The translations under genes and the position numbers were made by a program. Positions 1-9,823 of a stretch of 25,099 nucleotides of DNA are shown here, piece by piece. The number at the start of each line of letters is the position of its first letter. Position 1 is the stretch's first letter. The notes under the pieces are model-generated. The model did no database searches. It was not told where the DNA came from and saw only the letters and a program-made list of their open reading frames with translations. Location: positions 1 to 25,099 of the forward strand of contig JBGGMJ010000077.1 in NCBI GenBank assembly GCA_041288095.1, in the 5' to 3' direction. The stretch comes from Myxococcota bacterium (GTDB lineage Bacteria > Myxococcota > XYA12-FULL-58-9 > JALHOP01).

Positions 1-1
1 C

Positions 2-2287
2 GCGAACTCCCTCGACGTCATCAAGGCCGTCCGCGTCGAGCTCGAGGATATCAAGAAGTCGGTGCCCGAGCAGCTCAAGGTGGTCATGGCCTACGACGCC
101 ACCGAATACATCCAGAGCGCCATCGACGACGTCATCGAGACTCTCCTCGAGACCCTTCTCATCGTCGTCATCGTCATCTTCTTGTTCCTGGGGTCGATGC
201 GCTCGGTCATCGTGCCGATCGTCGCCATTCCGGTGTCACTCATCGGCGCGATTTTCTTGATGCAGGTGTTCGGGTTCACCATCAACCTGCTGACGCTCCT
301 GGCGGTCGTGTTGTCGGTCGGTCTGGTGGTCGACGACGCCATCGTCGTGGTCGAGAACACGGAGCGGCACTTACGTGAAGGCTTGAGCGCCATGGAGGCG
401 GCGAGGCTCGGCGCCCGTGAGCTCGTCGGCCCGATCATCGCCATGACCATCACCTTGGCATCGGTGTACGCGCCGATCGGCTTGCAGGGTGGTCTCACCG
501 GCGCGCTGTTCCGCGAGTTCGCGTTCACGCTGGCCGGCGCCGTCACTATCTCGGGCGTGGTCGCGTTGACCCTGTCGCCGGTCATGGCGTCGCGTCTGCT
601 ACGCGAAGGCGACGCCGAGAAGGGCTTCGCCGGCAAGGTGAACCACTTCTTCGACCGCGTTCGCGACCGCTACGGTCGTGCGCTTTCGCGGACGCTCGCG
701 GCGCGGCCGGCGGTCTACACCGCGTGGGGTGCGCTGTCGCTCGTGGCCGTCTTGTTGTTCACGATGTCGGCGAGCGAGCTTGCGCCCGAGGAAGATCAAG
801 GCGTCGTCTTCGGTATCGTCGACCCTCCCGCGAATCTCACCGTCGACGAGCTCCGTCGCGCCACGGGAGCCATCCAAGAGACCTTCAAGTCGGTGCCCGA
901 GTACGGTTTCAGCTTCCAGATCACGATGCCGGCCCTCGGCTTCAGCGGTCTCGGCCTGACACCGTGGGACAAGCGCGAGCGCGGCACCAAAGAAGTCGTC
1001 GGCGAGATGCAGGGCAAGCTTTCGCAGATCGCGATGGTCAACGTCTTCCCAGTGGCGCCGCCCGCGCTACCGGGTGGCGGTCAGTTCCCAGTCGAGTTCG
1101 TGCTCGCTTCGACCGCGGATACGTCGCAGATCCTCGAGCTCGCGCAGCAGCTCCAAGCGAAAGCGGCGACGAGCGGCATCTTCGCGTTCCCACCGCTCAT
1201 CGACGTCAAGTACGACCAACCCGAATCGCGCGTCGTCATCGACCGCGACAAGGTGGCGGAGCTCGGCTTGAACTTGCAGCAGGTCGGCGCCGATCTCTCG
1301 GCGGCGATTGGCGGTAACTTCGTCAATCGTTTCAACATCGAGGGCCGCAGCTACAAGGTCATCCCGCAGGTGAAGCGCACGAGTCGTCTGAATCCTGACC
1401 AGCTCTCGGACATCTACGTCACGGGTCCCAACGGATCGCTGGTGACGCTCAGCACCGTGGCGCACGTCGAGAATCACGTCGAGCCGCGGTCGCTCAATCG
1501 TTTCCAGCAGCTCAACGCGGTGATGCTCTCGGGCGTCGCCATCCGGCCGCTCGACGAAGCGCTCACTTACCTCGAGACCGAGGCCGCGAAGATACTGCCG
1601 AAGGGCTACAGCATCGATTACACCGGCGAGTCGCGGCAGCTGCGTACCGAGGGCAATCGCTTCTTGCCCGCGTTCGCTTTAGCGGTCGTGCTGATCTTCT
1701 TGGTCTTGGCGGCCCAGTTCAACAGCTTCCGTGACCCGTTCGTCATCTTGGCCGGTTCGGTGCCGCTCGCCATGTTCGGCGCGCTCATCTTCACCTTCTT
1801 GAAGATGCCGAATCCCAACATGCCGTTTTTCACCGACGGCTGGACGACGACGCTCAACGTCTACTCGCAGGTCGGCTTGGTGACGCTGGTCGGCCTCATC
1901 GCCAAGAACGGCATTCTCATCGTCGAGTTCGCGAACGAGCTGCAGCGCCGTGGCAAGTCGAAGCTCGACGCGGTGCACGAGGCGGCCATGACGCGTCTGC
2001 GTCCGGTGCTCATGACCACCATCGCAACGGTCGTCGGCCACTTCCCGCTGACCTTGGTGAGCGGTCCGGGCGCGGCGGCGCGTAACAGCATCGGTCTCGT
2101 GCTCTGCACCGGCATGACCATCGGCACGCTGTTCACGATCTTCGTCGTGCCTTCGATCTACGTGCTCTTCGCGAAAGATCACTCGCACGAGCGCGAGGAC
2201 GAAAAAGCGTTCGACAAGGAAGAGACGGCGGTCGGCGCTGCTGCTCTGCCGCATCGCGCGGCAAGCTCGCCGCAACCACTGAGCTAG
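2..2287 (+). CDS. RND efflux transporter permease subunit (AcrB/AcrD/AcrF family), 5' end outside the window
   Basis: The frame is open from base 2 (ANSLDVIKAVRVEL...). Proton-relay motifs GLVVDDAIVVVEN, GLIAKNGILIVEF and RLRPVLMT are present, with two TM bundles separated by a large periplasmic domain. Confidence 0.96.
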   Translation, partial: ANSLDVIKAVRVELEDIKKSVPEQLKVVMAYDATEYIQSAIDDVIETLLETLLIVVIVIFLFLGSMRSVIVPIVAIPVSLIGAIFLMQVFGFTINLLTLLAVVLSVGLVVDDAIVVVENTERHLREGLSAMEAARLGARELVGPIIAMTITLASVYAPIGLQGGLTGALFREFAFTLAGAVTISGVVALTLSPVMASRLLREGDAEKGFAGKVNHFFDRVRDRYGRALSRTLAARPAVYTAWGALSLVAVLLFTMSASELAPEEDQGVVFGIVDPPANLTVDELRRATGAIQETFKSVPEYGFSFQITMPALGFSGLGLTPWDKRERGTKEVVGEMQGKLSQIAMVNVFPVAPPALPGGGQFPVEFVLASTADTSQILELAQQLQAKAATSGIFAFPPLIDVKYDQPESRVVIDRDKVAELGLNLQQVGADLSAAIGGNFVNRFNIEGRSYKVIPQVKRTSRLNPDQLSDIYVTGPNGSLVTLSTVAHVENHVEPRSLNRFQQLNAVMLSGVAIRPLDEALTYLETEAAKILPKGYSIDYTGESRQLRTEGNRFLPAFALAVVLIFLVLAAQFNSFRDPFVILAGSVPLAMFGALIFTFLKMPNPNMPFFTDGWTTTLNVYSQVGLVTLVGLIAKNGILIVEFANELQRRGKSKLDAVHEAAMTRLRPVLMTTIATVVGHFPLTLVSGPGAAARNSIGLVLCTGMTIGTLFTIFVVPSIYVLFAKDHSHEREDEKAFDKEETAVGAAALPHRAASSPQPLS

Positions 2288-3360
2288 CCGCCGAACTTCT
2301 TCCAGAAGCTCGCTCGCAGGGGATAGCTCGCGTTCTGCTGGACGCGGGCTAGCTCCTCCATGAGCTGGCGCTCGCGTTCGCTCGACGGCTGCGGTGTCTC
2401 CACGAAGATGCGGACATGCTGATCGCCTCGGTCGCCGTCTGCCTTGGGCACACCCTTGCCACGCAGGCGGAAGACGCGGCCGGTCTGCGTGCCCGGTGGC
2501 AGGCGCATGCGGACGCGTCCGTCGAGCGTCGGGACTTCGACGGCGAGCCCGAGAATGGCGTCGGCGGGCGTGACGGGGAGCTCGATGTGGAGGTCCTCGC
2601 CCTCACGGACGAATACCGGGTGCGGATTCACGCTCACGCTGACGTGCAGATCGCCGGGCGGCGCGCCGCCGAGTCCGGGCTCGCCCTCTCCGCCAAAGCG
2701 GAGGATGGCGCCGTTTTCGGTGCCGGGCGGAAGGTTGATGCGCAAAGCTTGTTTGCTCTGGCTCGTGCCCTCGCCGTTGCAGGTGAGACACGGGTTGCCG
2801 ATGACCTTACCGCGACCCTTGCAGTATGCGCAGAGCTTGTGCACCGAGATGATGCTGTGTTGCACGCGAACACCGCCGGTGCCACCGCATGCATGACAGA
2901 GCTGCGGTGCCGAGCCGGGCTTCGCGCCCGTGCCACGGCAACTCTCGCAACGCTCGTTGCGGTTGACGTCGACCATGCGCTCGCCGCCCATGATGGCGGT
3001 CCTGAAGTCGAGGACGAGCTCGACCGAGCGGTCCTTTCCTTTTTCGCGGACAGTCTTGCCTTCGCGTCTGCCGAAGATGTCACCGAAGATCTCGCTGAAG
3101 ACGTCCTTCGCGCTCTGCGTACGTGATCGCGCCGCGCCGTTGATGCCGTCCGGTCCGAGCCGATCGTAGCGCTCGCGCAGGCCGCGGTCGGTGAGCACCT
3201 CGTAGGCCTGCGTCGCTTCCTTGAAACGCTCCTCGGCCTGGCGGTTGCCCGGGTTCTTGTCGGGATGAAACTGGTGCGCGAGCCGCCGGAAGGCGCTCTT
3301 GATGGCGAGCGTGTCGGCGGTCCTTTCGACCCCGAGAACTTCATAGAAATCGCGCATCAT
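2284..3360 (-). CDS. dnaJ: Molecular chaperone DnaJ (J domain, zinc finger, C-terminal domain)
   Basis: DFYEVLGV and HPD J-domain motifs, four CxxCxGxG repeats (CESCRGTG, CHACGGTG, CAYCKGRG, CLTCNGEG) and the C-terminal motifs GDLHV, VPTLDG and LRGKG. Start is ATG 3360 or 3357. The stop overlaps the RND stop by 4 nt. Confidence 0.95.
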   Translation of the reverse strand: MMRDFYEVLGVERTADTLAIKSAFRRLAHQFHPDKNPGNRQAEERFKEATQAYEVLTDRGLRERYDRLGPDGINGAARSRTQSAKDVFSEIFGDIFGRREGKTVREKGKDRSVELVLDFRTAIMGGERMVDVNRNERCESCRGTGAKPGSAPQLCHACGGTGGVRVQHSIISVHKLCAYCKGRGKVIGNPCLTCNGEGTSQSKQALRINLPPGTENGAILRFGGEGEPGLGGAPPGDLHVSVSVNPHPVFVREGEDLHIELPVTPADAILGLAVEVPTLDGRVRMRLPPGTQTGRVFRLRGKGVPKADGDRGDQHVRIFVETPQPSSERERQLMEELARVQQNASYPLRASFWKKFGG

Positions 3361-3375
3361 CGGCTGCTGGGCGTA

Positions 3376-3404
3376 AGCTTATGTCGAAATGGGCCGGGCG
3401 TCAC
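3376..3404 (-). promoter_or_regulatory. Candidate sigma70-type promoter of dnaJ
   Basis: GTGACG-N17-TAAGCT ends 15 nt before the ATG. No Shine-Dalgarno is visible. Confidence 0.45.
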
Positions 3405-3488
3405 CCGGCAGTGGGCGCGCCGCGACGCGATTACGAGAGCCCCCGGTGCCCCGTCGCGCTACCTTAGGGCGACGGAAGGATCGCCCCG

Positions 3489-4715
3489 ATGTTTCGAGCC
3501 ATTTGCGTCGCTACGCTCGCTAGCGTCGTTGCGTGCAGCAGCGACAAGAATCAAACGCCGCCACCCGCCCCGGATCCCACCGCGTGCCCCGGCACGACGT
3601 TGTCGACGGGAGCCACAGCCACCGCTCCCACGACGCCGGCCCTCACGGTCCAAAGTGGGTTTCGCTTGCAGGCCATCGCTAGAGTCAGCGGCGCCCGCGA
3701 GCTCGCGGCGCTCCCCAATGGTGATCTCGTCGTCGGCACCGGCGGGACGGGTGTGTTCATCGTCCCGCACGCCGACCTCGATGACGGTTTCTATGCGCCG
3801 ATTCGCTTTGCGACCATCGAGGATGCTCCGGCTGCCGGCGTGGCGTTCGATCCCGGTACCTGCAGAGTCTACGTTGGCACCAATCATGGAGTGTACGCTA
3901 TAGCGTATGAAGACGGCGCCACGACAGGTACGCCGGTCGGGCCTATCGCCTTGTTGCGGCAGAGCAACGACAACGGTCATGACACGACCTCGGTCGCGGT
4001 GTCCGGCGACAAGCTTTACGCGAGCGTCGGCTCGTCGTGCGACGCGTGCACCGAGTCCGATCCGACCCGGGCGACGGTGCAAGTGATGAACCTCGACGGC
4101 AGCAACATGACCACCCATGCGCGGCGCTTTCGCAACCCCATCGCGCTCACCGTGAACCCGAACACCGGCGCTGTCTGGGCGGGCGGCGCGGGCCAGGACG
4201 GCCTGCCGCTCGGCCATCCCTTCGAGATCTTCGACCCTATCTCGCTGTATCCCGCCGGATCCGACTACGGTTGGCCCGACTGCGAAGAGGATCAGCACGT
4301 GTACCGTAACGGCGCCAACTGCTCGAACGTCATCGTACCGCGCGTCGCCATGCCGGCGTATTCGACGCTCATCGGCGCGGCCTTCTATCCGCTATCGCCG
4401 ACCGGCCCCTACGCGTTCCCCGTGCAATACAGAGGTAGCGTCTTCGTCGGCATGCACGGCTCCTGGCACCAAGAGAACGGCGACTACTACTCGCCGCCGA
4501 GCATCGCCTTCGTGCCCATGACCGGCGACTCGCCGGTGACCCAGCCCAACTGGGGCGACCCGCACGCGCAATGGAGCGAGCTCGTCGGCAACTTCCAACA
4601 CAGCGACGGCGTCAGTCGCATCGCGCGGCCGACGGGCATCGCGGTTGGCTCGCGCGGCAGTTTGTTTTTCGCGGATGACGCCAATGGCCTCATCTTCCGC
4701 ATTCGCCCGGAGTAG
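3489..4715 (+). CDS. PQQ-dependent sugar/L-sorbosone dehydrogenase family beta-propeller lipoprotein
   Basis: Lipobox signal ...ASVVAC. Family motifs ARELAALPNGD, LYASVGSSCD, FRNPIAL, DYGWP, FVGMHGSW and RPTGIAVGSRGSLFFADD. Confidence 0.85.
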   Translation: MFRAICVATLASVVACSSDKNQTPPPAPDPTACPGTTLSTGATATAPTTPALTVQSGFRLQAIARVSGARELAALPNGDLVVGTGGTGVFIVPHADLDDGFYAPIRFATIEDAPAAGVAFDPGTCRVYVGTNHGVYAIAYEDGATTGTPVGPIALLRQSNDNGHDTTSVAVSGDKLYASVGSSCDACTESDPTRATVQVMNLDGSNMTTHARRFRNPIALTVNPNTGAVWAGGAGQDGLPLGHPFEIFDPISLYPAGSDYGWPDCEEDQHVYRNGANCSNVIVPRVAMPAYSTLIGAAFYPLSPTGPYAFPVQYRGSVFVGMHGSWHQENGDYYSPPSIAFVPMTGDSPVTQPNWGDPHAQWSELVGNFQHSDGVSRIARPTGIAVGSRGSLFFADDANGLIFRIRPE

Positions 4716-4751
4716 CTTCGCCCCGAGTGTGGCGCATGTCCGCCAGAGCGG

Positions 4752-4862
4752 TGTCCGCATTCGCCACAACGCGTGAACGGTTGGGGCGAAATGCCGCAAC
4801 TACGGGATAGTTGAACGCAATTTTGTTGGTGACCCACTCCCCAAGTGTGGCGCGGCGCTTAC
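4752..4862 (+). promoter_or_regulatory. Possible sigma54 promoter with upstream activator-like palindromes
   Basis: TGGCGC-N5-TTAC at 4848-4862, with a non-consensus -12. Imperfect 17-bp palindromes TGTCCGCATTCGCCACA (4752-4768) and TGGGGCGAAATGCCGCA (4782-4798) lie 30 bp apart. Confidence 0.4.
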
Positions 4863-4904
4863 ATTTAGAGGGCGTTCGAGCAATTGCATAAAAGGGGATG
4901 GGCT

Positions 4905-5468
4905 ATGGGCGTTCGATGGACCGAGCTTCTTGGTACGGCGGTAGTGGCGGTGGCGTTGTCGGCTTGTGGTGGTGACGGCGGCGATGGGGGAGAGGACCCT
5001 GGCGAGCAGAACAACCCGGGTGAGCCCAGCCAGCGCACGGAGAGCGGCATCAGCGAAGCCTGCTCCTTGTTCCCCGGTCCGAGCACGCAGGTGAACCTGA
5101 CCGCGAACGCCGCCGGCGCGCCGCTCATCAACTCCTCGACCAGCTATCACGTGATCACCGCCGAGGGTGCCGCCGGCTGGAGCGGTTACTTCTCGTTCAC
5201 CTCCGGCGGCGGCGACGTGGTCTTCAGCGTCGACACCACCGCGGTCACCCTCGACATCCCGCAAGGCCAGGCCAAGCCACCGACGCCAACCTTCATCATC
5301 ACGTCGAACGGCGGCGCGGTCTCCGCGAGCGAAGCCGTCGCGGCCCCACTCGAGTGCACCTCGGTCGTGGGCGCCTACCGCTACGAGCTCGCGGCGGGCA
5401 CCTACCAGGTCTTGGTCAACCCGACCGCCTGGTACCAGTTCCGTCTCGTCGCCAGCGAAGTGGACTAG
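4905..5468 (+). CDS. Hypothetical lipoprotein
   Basis: ATG 4905 follows the purine-rich AAAGGGG. Signal peptide with lipobox LSAC, then a Gly/acidic linker and a beta-rich domain ending YELAAGTYQVLV. Confidence 0.75.
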   Translation: MGVRWTELLGTAVVAVALSACGGDGGDGGEDPGEQNNPGEPSQRTESGISEACSLFPGPSTQVNLTANAAGAPLINSSTSYHVITAEGAAGWSGYFSFTSGGGDVVFSVDTTAVTLDIPQGQAKPPTPTFIITSNGGAVSASEAVAAPLECTSVVGAYRYELAAGTYQVLVNPTAWYQFRLVASEVD

Positions 5469-5471
5469 GCG

Positions 5472-7274
<1,803 letters not shown>

Positions 7275-7284
7275 GGGGGCGTCA

Positions 7285-7315
7285 GCAGCCTACGGACGTA
7301 AGCTGCCATACGCGA
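7285..7315 (-). promoter_or_regulatory. Candidate dnaK promoter overlapped by an imperfect palindrome
   Basis: TCGCGT-N17-TAGGCT ends 12 nt before the ATG. The palindrome GCAGCCTACG-GA-CGTAAGCTGC (7285-7306, one mismatch) covers the -10. Confidence 0.4.
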
Positions 7316-7368
7316 GATTCCCACGTTTTGGATCGCTCTGCACGCCTCGATAGGCGCCTGACGGGACG

Positions 7369-7863
7369 TCACCGACGACGTTCGGGGCTATCCTTGATCC
7401 GATCTCGGACCCGCTGCCGCTGCTCGTCCGTCATGCCGGGGCGCTTGTCCAACCGCTCGAGTAGCAACTTGCGGTCCTCGGGCGTCAGGCGCGACAGGTT
7501 GCGGTAGAGCTCGCGCAGGCGCTCGCGGCGTTCCGGTGAATAGCTCCGGAAGCGCTCGAACTGCTGACGCACGCGACGCTGATCTTCGTCGGGGAGGCGC
7601 TTGAAGGAGCGATAGCTGTCCACCAAAGCGGCGCGGCGCTCCGGCGACAGGCTCCGGAACTTGGCATAGCGCTCGCGCACCGCTTGCTTCTGCTCCGGGG
7701 TGAGCGTCTTGAAGCGCTCGAAGGCGGCGCGGACCTTGGCCCTCTCGTCGTCGGAGAGCTCGTTCCAGCGCTCGATGGGCGCGGGCTCGCGCGGAGCCTC
7801 TTGCGCGCCGGCGACGCGGGCCACTGCCAGCGCCGCGAGTATGAACACGGTGGTGAGCTTCAC
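7369..7863 (-). CDS. Exported DUF3106-like helical repeat protein
   Basis: Signal peptide MKLTTVFILAALAVARVAGA, then seven ~18-aa Arg-rich repeats of the form (W/F)xxL(S/T/P)PE(Q/R)(K/R). Its GTG overlaps the upstream TGA (GTGA). Confidence 0.8.
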   Translation of the reverse strand: MKLTTVFILAALAVARVAGAQEAPREPAPIERWNELSDDERAKVRAAFERFKTLTPEQKQAVRERYAKFRSLSPERRAALVDSYRSFKRLPDEDQRRVRQQFERFRSYSPERRERLRELYRNLSRLTPEDRKLLLERLDKRPGMTDEQRQRVRDRIKDSPERRR

Positions 7864-8207
7864 TGCGGCACCTCATCGGTCTTCGGGCTGTCCGCCGCCG
7901 CGAGCAGCTCGAGCACCTCTAGGTCGGCGACGACGTCGTAATCCTCGTAGAGCTCCATCTCGTAGGCGATCTCGAGGGCCGTCTGCGCTTCGTCGGTCTT
8001 GTTGGGCGCGATGAAGGCGATGGCGATAGCCGCCGTGGTCGCAACGCCAACGCCGAGGCCAAACAGCCAGAGACGGAAGCCGCGTTGGGCGCTTCGCGCT
8101 TTCTGCTCTTCGAGCCGCGCCCGGAAGCTCGTGTCGAATCCTGGCCGCGGCTCTTCGTCGACGTCCGCCGCGAGGAGGGCGTCGAGTGGATCGGTTTCGG
8201 GCTTCAT
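7860..8207 (-). CDS. Putative membrane-anchored anti-sigma factor
   Basis: ATG 8207 has an AAGGAG RBS and an ATGA overlap with the ECF stop. Short cytoplasmic N-terminus (DPLDALL...EPRPGFDTSFRARL), one TM helix and an acidic C-terminal tail. It lies directly after the ECF sigma gene. Confidence 0.75.
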   Translation of the reverse strand: MKPETDPLDALLAADVDEEPRPGFDTSFRARLEEQKARSAQRGFRLWLFGLGVGVATTAAIAIAFIAPNKTDEAQTALEIAYEMELYEDYDVVADLEVLELLAAADSPKTDEVPQ

Positions 8208-8830
8208 GTACTGCTCCTTGCTTCCGTCGCTGGCATCCATTGCGCGAGGTCCGTCGTAAGACGGGTGCGTGCTCTATGGACCAGCGACTTCACGGCTGCT
8301 TCGGTGACATCGAGCATGTCGGCGGCCTCGCGATAGCTCGCCCCTTCGTAATGGCAGAGCACGAGCGCGGCCCGCTGCGCATCTGGGAGCTTGGCAAGCG
8401 CGACGCGCAATGACTCGCGTAGGTCGCTCCGCTCGAGCAGACGCTCGGCCGACGCGCCTTCGCTCTGCGTGCGCTGATCGAGGTCCGGGTCGACGCTGGT
8501 CATGCGCTCGCTCTTCCTGGCGCGGCTGTTCAAGCAGTGGTTGATGGCGATGCGATAGAGAAAGGTCGAGAAGCGTGCCGTCGGTTGGTAGCTCTTCTTG
8601 GCGCCGTAGAGCTTGAGGAAGACGTCTTGCGCGGCTTCTTCGGCGCGCGCCCGGTCACCGGCGAGTAGGCGCCGAGCCAGGTTGAAGATGCGGATCTTGT
8701 AGCGATCGTAAAGCTCCACGAAAGCACCCTCGTTGCCCTGGGCAAAAGCGGTCATCGCTAGGGCATCCGCGTCGTCCACACCCCTTTCAACCGCCGACGA
8801 GGCGTTTGGTTGCGGGCCTGGCTCAGTCAC
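8204..8830 (-). CDS. RNA polymerase sigma-70 factor, ECF subfamily
   Basis: Region 2: AEEAAQDVFLKLY...FSTFLYRIAINHCLN. Region 4: LAKLPDAQRAALVL...SYREAADMLDVTEAAVKSLVHRAR. Start is GTG 8830, with 8779 as an alternative. Confidence 0.95.
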   Translation of the reverse strand: MTEPGPQPNASSAVERGVDDADALAMTAFAQGNEGAFVELYDRYKIRIFNLARRLLAGDRARAEEAAQDVFLKLYGAKKSYQPTARFSTFLYRIAINHCLNSRARKSERMTSVDPDLDQRTQSEGASAERLLERSDLRESLRVALAKLPDAQRAALVLCHYEGASYREAADMLDVTEAAVKSLVHRARTRLTTDLAQWMPATEARSST

Positions 8831-9017
8831 CCAAAACCTCCCAGTTCTCGAGCAGATCGAGCTCGCGTAAGAGCTCGAGATCCTGGAGGAGCTCGGGTGA
8901 GGGCTTGCAGGTCGGGAGCGGCGGGCCGACGAATGTAGGTGCTGGAGGCACGTCCGAGCACGGGACGACGAACGCGTCGCCCAAGAGCGCGAACAGCATG
9001 GCGGCCCAAATCGTCAC
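8823..9017 (-). CDS. Small exported or membrane peptide (64 aa) with an acidic Leu-rich C-terminal motif
   Basis: It exactly fills the gap between the FecR and ECF genes, with a GTGA overlap upstream and an 8-nt overlap downstream. Hydrophobic N-terminus, Pro-rich linker with two Cys, then ELLQDLELLRELDLLENWEVL. Confidence 0.7.
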   Translation of the reverse strand: MTIWAAMLFALLGDAFVVPCSDVPPAPTFVGPPLPTCKPSPELLQDLELLRELDLLENWEVLGD

Positions 9018-9823
9018 TGCCGGGTCGCTGCCCTTCGGCGGAGCTCGCGCAGGCGTTCCAAGATGCGGCGGGCCAGCGCGGGGTCGATGTCGAGCGGGTT
9101 GTCACGACGGTTACGATAGGCCTCACGCAGGGCATCGCGCACGCCTTCGCGCTCTAGCAGGCCCCCGCCGTCACCGTCCCGCGTGCGTCGCCAGGCGCTG
9201 CGCAGCCGATCGAAACCATCGCGCTCGAAGAAGTCGCCCGGCTCACGGCTGGCGATGCGGCCACGTAGCGTCTCGAAGGCGGCGCGGTCGAGCATGGCGC
9301 GCTCGAGCTTCGCGCCCGTCACCACGGCCCGCTCGGACTCGCCGATGAGAGCGCGCTGGCCGGCGCGGCTCGCCACTTCGACGGAGCCGGCCTCGACGCT
9401 CACCGTCGTCGCGTCACCATCGACCTCGGCGAAGAAGGAGGTGCCACGCACGCCGGCGACCGCGTTCGCGGTCTCGACCTCGACGGTGTCGTCGTCGAAG
9501 AGCGAGCTGACGCGAGCCCAGAGACGGCCGCTGAGCAAGCGCAGCGAAGTGCTGCCCTCACGCGCCGTGGGCTGCAAACGCAGCTGGGAACCGGCGCCCA
9601 GCTCGATCACGGCTTGGTCGTCGACGAGCAGCCGCGCCTGGCTGCCGTCACCCACGCGCACCAGATCGCCATCGCGGACAGTGGTGCCGCGCGTTAACGA
9701 GGTGGCGGCCCCGTCCGCGCTCACACGCTCGACGAGCCCTTGTGCCTCGACGACCCGCGCGGTGCTCGCGCTCGCGAGAGGTGCCGTGCACAAGAGAACG
9801 ATGACGATGAGAGCGCGCATCAC
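9014..9823 (-). CDS. Exported FecR-domain protein
   Basis: Signal peptide MRALIVIVLLCTAPLASA. FecR-type motifs GDLVRVGDGSQARL, LGAGSQL, LLSGRLW, ETANAVAGVRGTSF and VSVEAGSVEV, then a charged helical C-tail. Start is GTG 9823 or ATG 9820, both overlapping the upstream TGA. Confidence 0.88.
   Translation of the reverse strand: MMRALIVIVLLCTAPLASASTARVVEAQGLVERVSADGAATSLTRGTTVRDGDLVRVGDGSQARLLVDDQAVIELGAGSQLRLQPTAREGSTSLRLLSGRLWARVSSLFDDDTVEVETANAVAGVRGTSFFAEVDGDATTVSVEAGSVEVASRAGQRALIGESERAVVTGAKLERAMLDRAAFETLRGRIASREPGDFFERDGFDRLRSAWRRTRDGDGGGLLEREGVRDALREAYRNRRDNPLDIDPALARRILERLRELRRRAATRQ

Noticed and set aside
4962-4982. Near-identical 21 bp encoding ACGGDGG in the lipoproteins at 4905 and 11208
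   Set aside because: This is a generic low-complexity post-lipobox linker. The rest of the two proteins shows no similarity.
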